Assembly (NCBI RefSeq): GCF_009914755.1
Contig: NC_060947.1
Reading direction: 5' to 3' (one strand)
Length of the DNA: 64,000 bases
Source: the human T2T-CHM13v2.0 reference genome, Homo sapiens
The position numbers and the translations under genes are program-made. The notes under the pieces are model-generated. The model saw only the letters and a list, made by a program, of their open reading frames with translations. It had not been told where the DNA came from and searched no databases. This document shows, in pieces, positions 15,328 through 27,290 of this stretch; position 1 is the stretch's first letter; each line of letters starts with the position of its first letter.

Positions 15328-15408
15328 ACCAACTGCCTATTTCCAAGTCTTTTTCATCACTCTGGAACCATTATTCAATAACTCTCCCTTCCACATTTCC
15401 CCAAGCCC

Positions 15409-16290
15409 CTGGGGATGTATTAATACAATCACCAACATGAGTCCTAGATTACTGCATGCACAAAAATTGTGGCCAGGACTTTTTGATATCTGTAAACTGT
15501 CTTCGATGCTTCCTTTTTGCAGTTCCCCCTGGATTTCCATTCTATAGTTCCAACCTTGGTCGTTCATCAAAAAAACCATTTGCAATCTCCTATCCAGTTA
15601 ATTCCTTGATTTGGAGAAAATGTGGGTTCTGTTATCTCATGCAGTATTAGTCCATTCTCATTCTGCTAATAAAGACATACCTGAGACTGGGTAATTTATA
15701 AAGGAAAGAGGTTTAATTGACTCACAGTTCAGCCTGGCTGGGGAAGCCTCAGGAAACTTAAAATCATGGCAGAAGGGGAAGCAAACACATCCTTCTTCAC
15801 ATGGCAGCAGAAGAGAGAGAAGTGCAGGGAACTTGCCATTTATAAAACCATCAGATCTCATGAGACTTACTCACTATCACGATAACAGTATAGGAAAGAC
15901 CCTCCCCCACGATTATAGGAGCTACAATTTAAGAAGAAATTTGGGTGAGGACACAGCCAAAGCACATCACATGCAGACTATGAGACTCATTCCTTCAGCA
16001 GGAATTTATCTGAGCACATATTGTACAAGGACTAATGGAGTGCTTGTGTTCTACTGTTGTGTATGCCTTAGTGCCTTGGTTACATCTAATTTTCAGCAGA
16101 CCTGTGTAACTCATACTAAAAATCCAATAGAAGAAAAAATAAAATAAAGCAACAACAACTGATGTGTAAACATTATAATTTCATGAGACCAAATTGCATA
16201 CAATAACACAAGACCTTTTGGAATTTTGTGGGGTTTTTTCCACCTTTCAAATGCTTTCAAATTTCACATCCAAACTTAAAACATCCACAG
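15409..16290. mobile_element. Possible Ricksha-like (MULE-MuDR) DNA transposon remnant
   Basis: Interrupts the L1; ends are 13/15 inverted repeats; ttgcaatctcctatccagttaattccttgatttgg resembles my recollection of Ricksha. Confidence 0.4.
15643..15969 (-). mobile_element. THE1 (C/D) solo LTR with internal deletion
   Basis: gtattagtccattctca...gagactgggtaatttataaaggaaagagg; perfect TSD catgc/catgc. Confidence 0.92.
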
Positions 16291-16343
16291 TAACCTCTAA
16301 TCTACTTTCAGTCTCAATAAATTTGCCTCTTCTAGATACTTCC

Positions 16344-16636
16344 CTTTTTGGACAGGTTCTCATTCAGTCACCCAGGCTGGAGTGCAGTTGTGAGATCATG
16401 GTTCACTGCAGCCTCAAATTCCTGGGCTCAAGTGATCCTTCTGCCTCAGCCTCTCGAGTAGCTGGGACTACAGGTGCATGCCACTCTGCCCGACTAGTTT
16501 TTAACTTTTTTTTTTTTATAGATTTGGAATCCTGTTATGTTGCCCAGGCTTGTCTTGAACTCCTGGTCTCAAACAATCCTTTTGTCTCTGCTTCCCAAAG
16601 TGTTGGGATTACAGGTGTAAGCCACCTCATCCAGCC
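16344..16636 (-). mobile_element. AluJ
   Basis: cactgcagcctc...cctgggctcaag; TSD tagatacttc/tagatatttc. Confidence 0.92.
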
Positions 16637-16709
16637 TAGATATTTCTTATTGGTGGCAGCAAACAGTGTTCGTCCTTTTGTGTCCTCCTTATTTTACTTA
16701 GTTGAACAG

Positions 16710-16874
16710 TGCATTTTAGGACCTAATCTCAGAATTGACATACTATTACATCTTCCATTTGTCATTGGTCACACAGGCTGACTCAAATACAATATGGAAG
16801 GGGTATCCCACGAAGCAATAAATTCTAGGAGGTGAGAGATTATCAGGACTCATTTTGGAGGGTGTTTGTCACCA
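16710..16874 (-). mobile_element. MLT1F/G/H-type LTR, part 2 (continues 13313-13640)
   Basis: acctaatctcagaa, attggtcacacag, aggaggtg...catttt-ggagg...cacca. Confidence 0.6.
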
Positions 16875-17038
16875 TCATTTAGCTATTTCAACATGACTTT
16901 GACATTTGGTTTACCTGCCTGCCTACCTATGTACCTCCCTACCTACCAACCAATTTTCCATCTCATTCCACAGGGTTATGAGACCTTCATATAATCTGCT
17001 GGCTTCTGAATTATTGCTAGTACTTTCTAGATACCTAC

Positions 17039-17508
17039 TGTCCCAGGAGAGCAGGTCTATGCACACCTACCCACAAAGGCCAAGGGAGCTGAGAGGCTGA
17101 CGGAAGAAGCTGATAAATTCAGTTTCTAAGAATGAAACATTTAATAGGGACTTACTAACAGGAGCCATGTCTTGTCCATCTGTGAGAAGATGGATCTCCC
17201 CACTGTTAATCACAAACCCAGGGCTTATATACCATAGGGAAAGGATATACCTGCTTCAGAAGTGATGTGTAAGACAACTGAAGTTGACCCCTCAGTGAAA
17301 GGCTATATGGTCATAGCCTATAATCTGCATAAGGGCAGGATTTATGGTAAGTATGATCAAGGTTCTTTTGACCTATGGGCAGGATTTACAGTAAGTATAT
17401 GCTAATAGTAGATAAAATAGAAATCTTAGAAGCACTCCCAGAATTGTGATTACTCAGAAGTCAACATGGCCGATTAGCATCCAAGATGGAGTGATTTTAG
17501 CCTCTGTA
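17039..17508 (-). mobile_element. Solo LTR (LTR47-like)
   Basis: Reverse strand starts gaggctaaaatcactccatcttggatgctaatcggccatgttgacttctga; TATA-like and attaaa signals on the minus strand. Confidence 0.6.
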
Positions 17509-18189
17509 GCCACACACATATCTGGGTGTCACTACCCTTGTGTATGTAACTTTACCTGCCCAAATCTTTCTTTTCTTTGTGTGCATTCAGACCTGCTTGA
17601 ATTTGTCAGAGAATCCTGCTGTAGGAAGTATTACGAACCCAATTGTGTTTTTACCTCTGAGATAAGAGTTAAACAGGGCTCAAGTGGTTTGCTTAAAATT
17701 GTAAACTTTAGGTAACAGAAACATAAATTACAGCCATGTCCTGTGCCCTCCATCCCATTGTTCTGCTACAATGCATAATCTTTTTCCACTGGCTGATTTG
17801 AAAAATTACTTTTAAATAAGTAATGAGGTTGTGTTGCTCATTGACCTGTGGATGTTTTCATTTTGGATGTGAAATCCAAAAGAAGCATTTGAAAGGTGGG
17901 AGAAAGAAAAGCAAAATTCTAATAGGTCTTGTGTTGTTGTATGCAATTTGGTCCTGTTAAATTAAAATGCTACACATCAGTTGTTGTTACCTTGTTTTAT
18001 TTTATTTCATTGGATTTTGGGTATGAGTATACATGGATCTGCTGAAAATTAGATGTGACTGCAGCACCAAGGCAGACGCAACAAAGTAGAGAATGTATAG
18101 AATAAGGTGAAATATTATCTTATGGCTGAAACACATTTTCTGATGAGAATTAAACTTTCTAATTAGTGTATGCTAATAATTGCTAAGTT

Positions 18190-18420
18190 AAGCTCTCCCC
18201 TGAACCCTACACCCATAGAGCTAACTGCTTTCTTGATACAGCTCACAAATGCCATCTCAAACATAAAACAGTCAAAACATGACTTCTATAAATCTGCCAT
18301 TTCTTCGTCTCAGAATACATCACCATTGCCCAAATGAGTGGACAGAGAAACGTGGTTCATCGGTGACTTCTTTTTTTCTCTGGTGCAGCATCCTAATTCT
18401 CTACAGTCTTTGGTATATAG
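18190..18420 (+). mobile_element. L2 fragment
   Basis: ctctcccctgaac, catctcaaacataa...caaaac, caccattgccca. Confidence 0.45.
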
Positions 18421-18576
18421 CCTGTGTTCATTGAAGTGTCTGTTGAAGGTGTGAGTCTGATGGTTGAGTGAGATGGCAAAAGCCACAAGTGCTAAAATTC
18501 CAGGGATATGCAGATAGAAGACGATGAATGTTTCTTGATGAGCAGCCAAGGCTGTAATCACAGGATGGAAATCCAC

Positions 18577-18680
18577 AGGAAAGGGAAGGGAAGGAAAGAG
18601 GAGGGGAGGGGAGGGGAGGGGAGGGGAGGGGAGGGGAGGGGAGGGGAGGAGGGGAAGAGGAGAGAAGGGGAAGGGAGGGC
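18577..18680. repeat. (GGGGA)n / purine-rich repeat
   Basis: About 9 tandem ggggA pentamers inside an all-purine tract. Confidence 0.95.
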
Positions 18681-18846
18681 CATAAAGAACAGTTCATGGA
18701 AGTCAAAAGGTCCTCACTACAAGTTTTTTCTGCACACAGGGATCTTCAATCTATTTTGGCTATTTTGTATCATATATTTTGTGCTTTTACAGTCAATGCT
18801 CTAGTGTTTTTGTTGTTGCCTGTCTGTTTTTCTTAATGATAAATGG

Positions 18847-19151
18847 GGCCAGGTGTGGTGGATAGTGCCTATAATTCCATGGACTAGGGAGGCTAAGATT
18901 GGAGGATCAACTGCGGCCAGGACTTCAAGACCAGCCTGGGCAACATAGCAAAACCCCATCTCTACAAAATTTTAAAAAAGTTACCTGGGCTTGGTGATGT
19001 ATACCTGCAGTCCCAGCTACTCAGGAGGCTAAGGTGGGGGTAATCACTTGAGCCCAGGAGTTCCAGACTACAGTGAGTTATGATCATGCCACTACATTCC
19101 AGCCTGGGCAACAGAAGGAGACCCTGTCTCTCTCCAAGAAAAAAAAAAAAA
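18847..19151 (+). mobile_element. AluJ
   Basis: Diverged dimer with cttgagcccaggag and an A tail. Confidence 0.92.
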
Positions 19152-20424
19152 GGCATATCGGCATGTCGTCTTTCCAATAATTGAATAACTTAAAAATAGA
19201 AACAAAACAAATAATTCTCGTGTCAAAAGTCAAAACTTAAAAAAAATTTAGAAGCTCTTGAGAAAATTTTAAAAAGTCGAAATTCTAAAACTGAGGCATA
19301 TATGACTCAATAAAAATTCTGTTTCCATTTGTTTTTTGAATGTCGTATCTCAGGATATGTAAGTTCCTGTAATGATATTTGATCTTATGTACAAGTCTAT
19401 CAAGTAAAGAGCTCAGAGAGAATCATTGAGATTAATAATACTATTGTTCCTAGTTTTCCATAGTGGATAATTAGATTGCAACAGTCAATTAAGTAGCTCT
19501 TGGAGTGTCACGGATGAACATTATGGGGAACTGCAAGCCGGGAAGCATCGCCAGAACTTGAACTCAATCTTTCCGTCTTGAGTCACTCCACAGTGGAGGG
19601 TATAAAACATTGACTTATTCCAAATCATGTTTGCTCACAAGGAAAGTAGATAAAGGTGAAGTCATTTGTGAGCTTCTATTTTGATCACATTGAAAACTGT
19701 CTTTAATAACCTATTTTAAATGCTGTCAAGTATGAGGCAGTAAAGCTTGTTCTCTTAAAAATTCTGTGTCAGTGTCAAAACTATTTTCTTTTTTAATGTT
19801 GTTTTTTCTTCGTGTGATCCTAATTTCTCAAAAGAAGGTGTTTTCATCGTTAAGATTTTTCAATCCTATTCACGGCATATAAAAGCATCAACAATCCACA
19901 CACAAAAAAAGATAAACCAGCCCAAAAGAGCAGTGCTTTGCCAAGCATTAAAATATCCATTTTAGGACAGATGTGATAATGCCTTATGTAACATGATCAG
20001 AGTAACTCCCTTTAGTCCTAAATCCACAGCCCTCTAAAAATGAATTATAAAGTAAGCTGTCATTTTGAGGCCAAAGCCTTTGTTTCCTTTAGGATTTAAT
20101 GGTCTTGAGAGTTCTCCGCTACCTGCCTCCTGGGAAAAGCCTATTCGTAAAGCACATGAGGATTTGACAGAACTCTGCCAAAAACATGTGTCAGACATTT
20201 GTTTTCTTGTGCTTATTTTCCCTTTTTAATAATAATTATACTAAATTTGCATTATTATATATATTTTATATAAATTATATTATAATAATGCAGTTAAATT
20301 TGCCTGGAATGACTTGTAATATGACTACATTCTTTTTGTTAAGTCCCTAGCTGTGATTTTAACTACAATAAATGTGGATGTCATAGCACTCCAGGCTGCA
20401 TTTACTGGGCTGGTGAAGTGCATT

Positions 20425-20630
20425 GTAGGTGTGCAGTTAGCAACAATGTGTTGTACATTTCAAGGTAGATAGAGGAGAGGACTTGAAATGTTACCAACAC
20501 ATCAAAATGATAAATACTCAAGGTGAGGGATACCCCAAATATCCTGACTTGATCATTACACATTCTATGCATGGAACAAATACTCATATGTGTCCCATAG
20601 ATATGTAAAACACTATGGGTTAATAAAAAC
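20425..20630 (+). mobile_element. L1MA 3'UTR fragment
   Basis: aaatgataaatactcaaggtga, cctgacttgatcattacacattctatgcatg, aataaaa. Confidence 0.8.
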
Positions 20631-22334
20631 TAATGCAATAGCGCTGCCATGCATTCATAGATGGCTATATTTATAGATGATGTGGTTGTAGATTAGCTGA
20701 CTGCATTTACTGATTTTACCACAAACCTTTGATCTAGGTAGAGCTAGTAATGAAACATCTATCCCGTAGACCAAGAGCTTTGGGCTACAAGTAGTGCTTT
20801 AACTTGACTCCAAGGGGAGTCAGGAAAATTTGAACTCAAGTCTTCAGATTTCTAGTTAATAACAGGTTTTCACTCAGCCAGGCAGACTTCTTCCTCTATT
20901 TTTAAAAATAAACTTTTAAAATTGGAATAATTTTAGATATACAAAAAGTTGCAATGATAGTCCAGGAGCTTCCATATAAGAACTTCACTCAGCTCATCAA
21001 AATATTGTCTTGCATAATTATGTAACACAGTCAATACTGAAAAGCTAATATTGGTAAGATGCCATTAATGAGACTACAGGCATTATACGAAGTCATGTTA
21101 CCTTATGAAATGTATAAATATGTGCCAGTCATGTATTATATGTCAAGGTAGTACTTTATGTATATTATATAAATAGATCCTCACAATGACAATTGGATTT
21201 GATGAAATTGAGGCCGATGGAGCTAAATACATTGTCTCAAGGTTGGGCAGTTTGCACTTGGCTGAACCAGTCCAAGATTGAAAATGAGCACCATGTAACT
21301 AAAGTATGTACATACCTAACTTCTCTACCATGTTGTCATTTTCAATTATGAGCAAAATACCTTTGCTGCTGAGTCAGTTCCTTTACTTTTTGATTTAAGA
21401 CAATTCTATATTGCATTTAAATCCAAAAAGACTCGTGAAGCAGTCTCACCCACAAAAACTCTCCGGATTGCATAGGTTGGATTTTAACAGCAAGAAACTT
21501 GTATACGATGTTTATTTGTTTATTTAAAGCAGAAATACTTCCTAGATGAATTCAAAGAGACAATCGGGAATGACTAAAAGTAATGGAACAATTTTACATA
21601 GTCTCTTTCAAATCTAAGCACTTGAGTATGGAATAAACACCAGCTGAATAACTCCTAGCAGAGCGCTCAATATGTAAGGTAGATTTTGATGACTTAGTCT
21701 GGCAGTCTATTATAATGAACGAATTTTATAAATCCTAAACATGCCACAAAAATAGCATTCACAGATTACATATGGATGGGGAAAACGTGTGTATTTTATA
21801 AAACTCTTTTCAAAAGTCGATGTTTCCCTTGAATAATAATTCCATGTTTGGAGGACAATACTGTTGACATTTATCTATAAATATTACTTTTCTTATAACC
21901 AACGTGAGTAGATGTTTATCAAAATACAGGAATGAGGCTTTCTAAATGGCAAAGATGATAAGTTCATACAAATCTATGGTGGAGGGTAAATGTGTAGACC
22001 ACCTCCAAAAGCTGAGAATTATTGAACCAACAGATATGTTTTATTAAATCTCATTTACCAACTATTTGTTTAAACTTAAAACTTCATCATTTTCAGACTA
22101 TCTATTTGATCTTTGTCTTCATGTCTATTCAATACCTAATCTCTTTTTAATATATTAGAGAATTTGTTCCTGCGGTATTTTTCCCATGGCATTGCCGTGT
22201 TGGTAAACATATTCTGGTGAAAAATATCAGATTCTCTAGATGAATGAAAGGATATGGAAAGCAAATATATATTAAGGATGTTACTTCTAACTTTGTCTCT
22301 CTTTATACAACCTGTGATGAAATATCTGTTGGTG

Positions 22335-22509
22335 AAGGAGAGCATCAGGAAAAATAGCTAATGGATGCTAGGCTTAATACTTAGGTGATGGGTTGATAGG
22401 TGCAGCAAACCACCATGGCACACGTTTACCTATGTAGCAAACCTGCACATCCTGCACAGGTACCCTGGAACTTTAAAATAAAGTAAAGTAAAATAAAATA
22501 AAATAAAAT
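22335..22509 (+). mobile_element. L1PA (older, ~PA11-14) short 3' insertion
   Basis: aggtgcagcaaaccaccatggcacacgtttacctatgta...aacctgcacatcctgcaca followed by a (TAAAA)n tail. Confidence 0.88.
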
Positions 22510-22569
22510 GAATATACGTGCTTGTGATTGCTTTATTCATTGGAAAAGTTTAAATTCATAGGAAGAGCC

Positions 22570-22643
22570 CCCAAACTTAAACTTGGTTGTCATATATACA
22601 TCTCCTATTAGTCTTGTGCCTCTAGAGAACCTTGACTAATACA
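22570..22643 (+). mobile_element. MLT2 LTR 3'-end fragment
   Basis: atctcctattagt...ctctagagaaccttgactaataca. Confidence 0.6.
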
Positions 22644-23121
22644 ACTAAGAACTCATTGACTTTCTAGATGTTACCTAAGCCCGCCACTGAAAGCAAGGCT
22701 CCATTTCATTCTTCCTGTACATGATTTTCAGTCACAACCTGTGCTTTTTTGGTCTGTTCTCTTTATTTTCATATTTATTATGTCTTTTTCTTACATAATA
22801 ATATCTAGAAGAATGTTAAGCAGTATCTAAAATAGACCAATTACCTGGCTGATGTGAGTTGAACAATGGTTTTTAGATAGTCCCTAGAAATGCTTGAAAA
22901 CCACCACTATAAATTAGTCTTAGACATTCTTTCACTCCCAAGTAAAATCTGATTTGTTTTCCTTTTTGCACATTTTAGTGTGTTGCCAGTCTCTAGAAGA
23001 GATGGGTGATTGCTTTGCAACTCCTAGAGGGGGCCTAATGGCAAAATCCAGAGAGGAATGAGAACCTTTGCTAATAACATCACTCTCTACCCTGGCAATC
23101 TGGACCAGTTGATCTTCGCAG

Positions 23122-23170
23122 AAAAAAAAAAAAAAAAAAAAAAAAAAAATAAAAATAAAAAAAAAAAAAA
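23122..23170 (+). repeat. Poly(A) tract A28-T-A5-T-A14
   Basis: Read directly; no Alu or L1 body recognised upstream. Confidence 0.95.
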
Positions 23171-23284
23171 TTCTTCCCCAAATGCAGCCACAGTTATTGA
23201 TTCCTTGTTGTCAAAATGCACCTAAAATATCTCATGAAATGTCAGCCTGCCACTGCAAAGAAATGACATGTTTTGTCAACTACC

Positions 23285-23288
<4 letters not shown>

Positions 23289-23335
<47 letters not shown>
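23289..23335. repeat. (TA)n microsatellite
   Basis: About 23 perfect TA units. Confidence 0.97.
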
Positions 23336-23344
<9 letters not shown>

Positions 23345-24023
23345 ACATTGCCTGTGACAAGTGCCCCTTAAGATACGATGTGTTTGGGTTCTTTCTTTTG
23401 GCCATTTCTCTTTTCCATAGAAGTTAATTTTCTGGTTCCGTTTGTGATGCCAGATTCTGAGTTGGCCTCTGTGGGAAGTTTTCAGTCACATGGAGAATGC
23501 CGCAAAGTGGGGAACAGGGAAGAGGGGATTCTATGCACTTTCATAAGGGAGTAACCAGACCGCAGGCGCAGAGAAATGGGGCAGATATGGGGCACCACAG
23601 AAACCGTATATTTTGACAACCAACATTCTTTAGACTTTGTGAAAAATGATTTCATCATAAACAAGCCAAGATAACCCTGGTTGCAAAAGACTAAAACAAA
23701 TGTATTCCTGTCTATAGTTATTGTACATTTAAATGTTGCCATTATCACTAAGAGAAATCAGTCTAGTTATCCAAGCATTTTATTTAAAAGTAATACAACA
23801 TATATTTCCCTCTTTACCCAACTCCCTCATTATTAATTTAAATAATTTGATGCACATTAGCAGATGGTTTTGAAGATCTGGCTACTTCGTTTATTGAACA
23901 TAAATGTTCAGAGAGCTTTGTACACAATAGGCAGCATTGCAAAATCCAACTCGAATTCCAAGGACGATTTAGGAACATAAATCTCACTTTAAACGATAGT
24001 TTCATTTTAAAGTGGGACATATG

Positions 24024-24330
24024 TGCCAGGTGCAGGGGCTTATGCCTGTAATCCCAACACTTTAGGAATGTGAGGCGGGAAGATAGCTTGAGCCCAGAAG
24101 TTCCAGACCAGGCTGGGTAACATAGGGAGACCCTGTCTCTACAAAACATAAGAAAACAATAGCTGAGTGTGCTGATGCACCTGTAGTCCCAGTTACTTGG
24201 GGGGCTGAGGAGGGTGGATCACCTGAGCCCAGGAGTTGAAGGCTGGAGTGAGCTGTGATTGTGCAACTGCACTCCAGCCTGGGTGATAGAGCAAGACTCT
24301 GACTCAAAACTCCTTAAAAATAAAACAAAA
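24024..24330 (+). mobile_element. AluJ
   Basis: Perfect 16-bp TSD taaagtgggacatatg at 24008-24023 and 24331-24346. Confidence 0.94.
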
Positions 24331-25554
24331 TAAAGTGGGACATATGAACATGAAATAATGCAAATGAGAAGAACATAAAATTATTATGAGTTTACATTAA
24401 ATGACATTAGCAGGAAGGTTAAAGGTATCTCCTGCATGTTTTTCTTAGTAACTACGTTTCCTTTTTCACCGGTGATAATAAAAAATGCCTAATCTTTCCC
24501 GTCATCCTTCTTCTCTTTCTGTCCTCTCTCAAACCTGTCTCACATTTGGAGATGGATTTGTTGTTGTTGTTGTTGTTGTTGTTAGAACTTATAATGAGGA
24601 ACAGACGCTTAATCATTGCTTTTATTGTTTTTTATTTAAAAGAATAAAAACAAAAGTATTACAAAAATCAAACATTTTGTTAAGTTTTCACCTGACCTAA
24701 CATCGCAATTGTTCATCTTTCTTTGGTGTCCGTATCTAAGTGTAAGGGATCCGTTAATGACTCAGTGTAATTTATTGGGTGAAGACCAGAGAGGCAGACT
24801 GAAATCAAACAGTAGGAGATGGTTTGGGCCATTGTCCTTTGTTGTGAGGTCTGAACGTGGGGGTAAGGGAAGAAGTGGTAACATTTGTGAAGTAACTGAT
24901 CAAAGGACATATGTTAAATTATAATTCTAAATCATTGTCTAGCATCAAAACAAATAAATTTTATTAGAACAAACAACCAAAAAAACAAGGGAGAGATAGT
25001 TTGATTAGGTTTATAAATAAAACCATCATATATGCATTCCTTATTAAGGAAGACCTGGTTAAGGCTGATGATTACAGTTGAGTCCTACAATAAATTGTCT
25101 AGAGCCCCCAAGGGATCACAGATGAATTCCATGGAGAGTCAAAACCGTTCTTCATAGAATTCAGCACTGCTCTCAGTACTAGCTTTTTGGTGACAAATCG
25201 TGGTGCCTGGACAAGGGCAAACTTGAGTGTCCTTCACGGAATTTTTAAGAAACCCAATCACTAACTCTTCTGTTTCCAATACGGGATCTGAACAAAATGA
25301 GAAAGTTGACATGGGCTAAGACAGATGGGAGCGAAAATCACCCTTATGGAAGATGAAAGCCAGGTTGTGGCAGTCTATCTGTGAGCAAATGGGCTTTCTA
25401 ATCCTGAGTCCCATTATCAGATGGACATATACACCTAATGACATGCAGAGGGCGATATTGAGTGAAGATAGTCCTCCCCACATGAGATGCCTATGCAAAT
25501 GAAAGAGGTCACTTAATGAAGGAGGACGGAGAATGCTAGGCTCCTGCTTATCTT

Positions 25555-26112
25555 TAGAGAAAGAGGGAGAAAAAGTGAGAGAAAGAGGAGGAGATGGAAA
25601 AGGAAGAAAAAAAGGAAGGAAGAAAGGGAAGCAGGAAGGAAGGGAAGGAGGGAGTGAGAAAGACAGGGAGGGAGGGAGGGAGAGAAGAAAGTAAGGAAGA
25701 AAGAGGGAGAGAGGAAGGAAGGAGAGGAAGAAAGGAAGTGAGAAAAATTGAGAAGGGAGGAAGGAGAGGAAGAAAGAAAGGGAGGAGGGAAGTGAGAGGA
25801 AAGAAGGAAGGGGAGGAAGAAAAGAAGTAAGAGAGGAATTGAGGTTAAGAAAGGAAGGAAATGAAGAAAGAAAGGGGAAGAGGAAGTGAGAGGAAGGAAG
25901 GAGAGGAAGAAAGGAAGGAGAGGAAGAAAGGAAGGAGAGGAAGAAATGAAGGGAAAGAAAAAAGAGGAAGGAAGGGAGAACGGAAAGGATAAAGAAAGGG
26001 AGAACGAAAGGAAAAAAGAAAAATAAGAAGAGGAAATAGGGAATGAGGGAAAGGAGGAGGAAGAGGAGTGGAGAGGAGAGGAAAGGAGAGGAGTGGAGTG
26101 GAGTGAAGAGGA
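25555..26112. repeat. GA-rich polypurine low-complexity tract
   Basis: About 550 bp almost entirely A/G on the + strand. Confidence 0.95.
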
Positions 26113-26469
26113 GATTAGTGCTGGATTATGTCCATAACATAAAGTCATTTCTCCTTACCTGGAAAACAGTGAAGACTAGAGCAAGATATGCATCATGAGA
26201 AATTGCTACACTACTGGTGTCCTTCCATATAGAGGTAGGATTAAGTATAGGGAATAGGCATTTTCCTAAAAATACATGCATAAAGAAAATATAAATACAT
26301 ATTTGGCATTAAGACTATAATATATATTCTGATTTTATGTACTAGTATGCATCTGTCCTTTCTAACTTTTGTCTTTTTATGCAGAATGCTACAGAGAGAG
26401 AGGACCTTGGCTTGAATTTCAGATGTGCCATATTTTATTTTATTTTATTGGTGAGAGAGGGGCAGTGGT

Positions 26470-27290
26470 CAGGGATTGGCTACCTCTAACACTGAGTGAG
26501 TATTTGCTAAATGACAGAGACTTTGCTAGGTACTTTAGACATATTACCTAATTTAATCCTCATTACCACTATATGATGTTATGTTGTGATGTTGTGTTAT
26601 ATTGTTACGTTTGCTATGTTATATTAGGTCATCTTGCATTGACACATTATGCTTCATTATGTTGTGTTGTTGAGTTATATTGATGTGCTATGTTGTATCG
26701 TGTTACTATGTTGTGTTGTGTTATGTCTTCCTGCCATGCTATCTTATGTTTATGGACTGAATTTTGTCTCCCTAAAATTCATATACTGGAAGCCATAATC
26801 TCCAATGTGATTATGCTTGGAGATAGAGCTTTTAGAAAGGTAATTCAGATTAACTGAAGTCATTAGGGTGGGACCCTAATTCAATAGGGCTGGTGTCCTT
26901 ATAAGAAAAGAGACACCAGAGATTCTTGTGTACAGAGAACAGGCCATGTTAGGAGCCAGCAAGAAGGCCACCCTCTGCAAGCTAAGGAGAAGAAACTAAC
27001 GCTACTGGCACCTTGCTCTTGGACTTTCTGCCTTCAGAACTGCAAGAAAATACATATGTGTTGTTTAAGGCACACAGCCTGTGATATTTTGTAATGGCAG
27101 CCCTAGAAGACTAATGCAGTTGTGTTGTGATGTGATGTGATGTTCTGCTATGTTTTATGTTTACTATATTACAAAATGAGGAAGCTGAGCTTCCAAGAAA
27201 TTAAGTGGTTCACCTATAGCCACACAGCTAATAAGAGTTAGTGCTAGAATTTAACCCTAAATTAGTCTCAAGACAGGTTGAGTTCTCTAA
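26470..27290. mobile_element. MIR split by degenerate (TGTTR)n pentamer repeats and an MLT1 LTR
   Basis: atttaatcctca (~26550) continues as tacaaaatgaggaagctgag...aagtggttcaccta...cacacagctaa (~27170). Confidence 0.6.
26747..27118 (+). mobile_element. MLT1A/B solo LTR
   Basis: tgtttatggactgaat...tggtgtccttataagaa...gcagccctagaagactaatgca. Confidence 0.85.

Larger units (their letters stand above)
14651..16701 (-). mobile_element. L1MB-type 3' end in four pieces (14651-14948, 15333-15412, 16288-16343, 16637-16701)
   Basis: gtacaattcagtggcatt, catcaccac, tttttcatcac, aataactc, agcccctgg, ctactttc-gtctc, gtccttttgtgtc...ttattt-acttag, all in L1 order. Confidence 0.75.

Noticed and set aside
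25513-26148. 211-aa S/F/L/P-rich ORF and similar ORFs at 31091-31543 and 41141-41734
   Set aside because: Low-complexity DNA that lacks stop codons by composition; no domain-like content.
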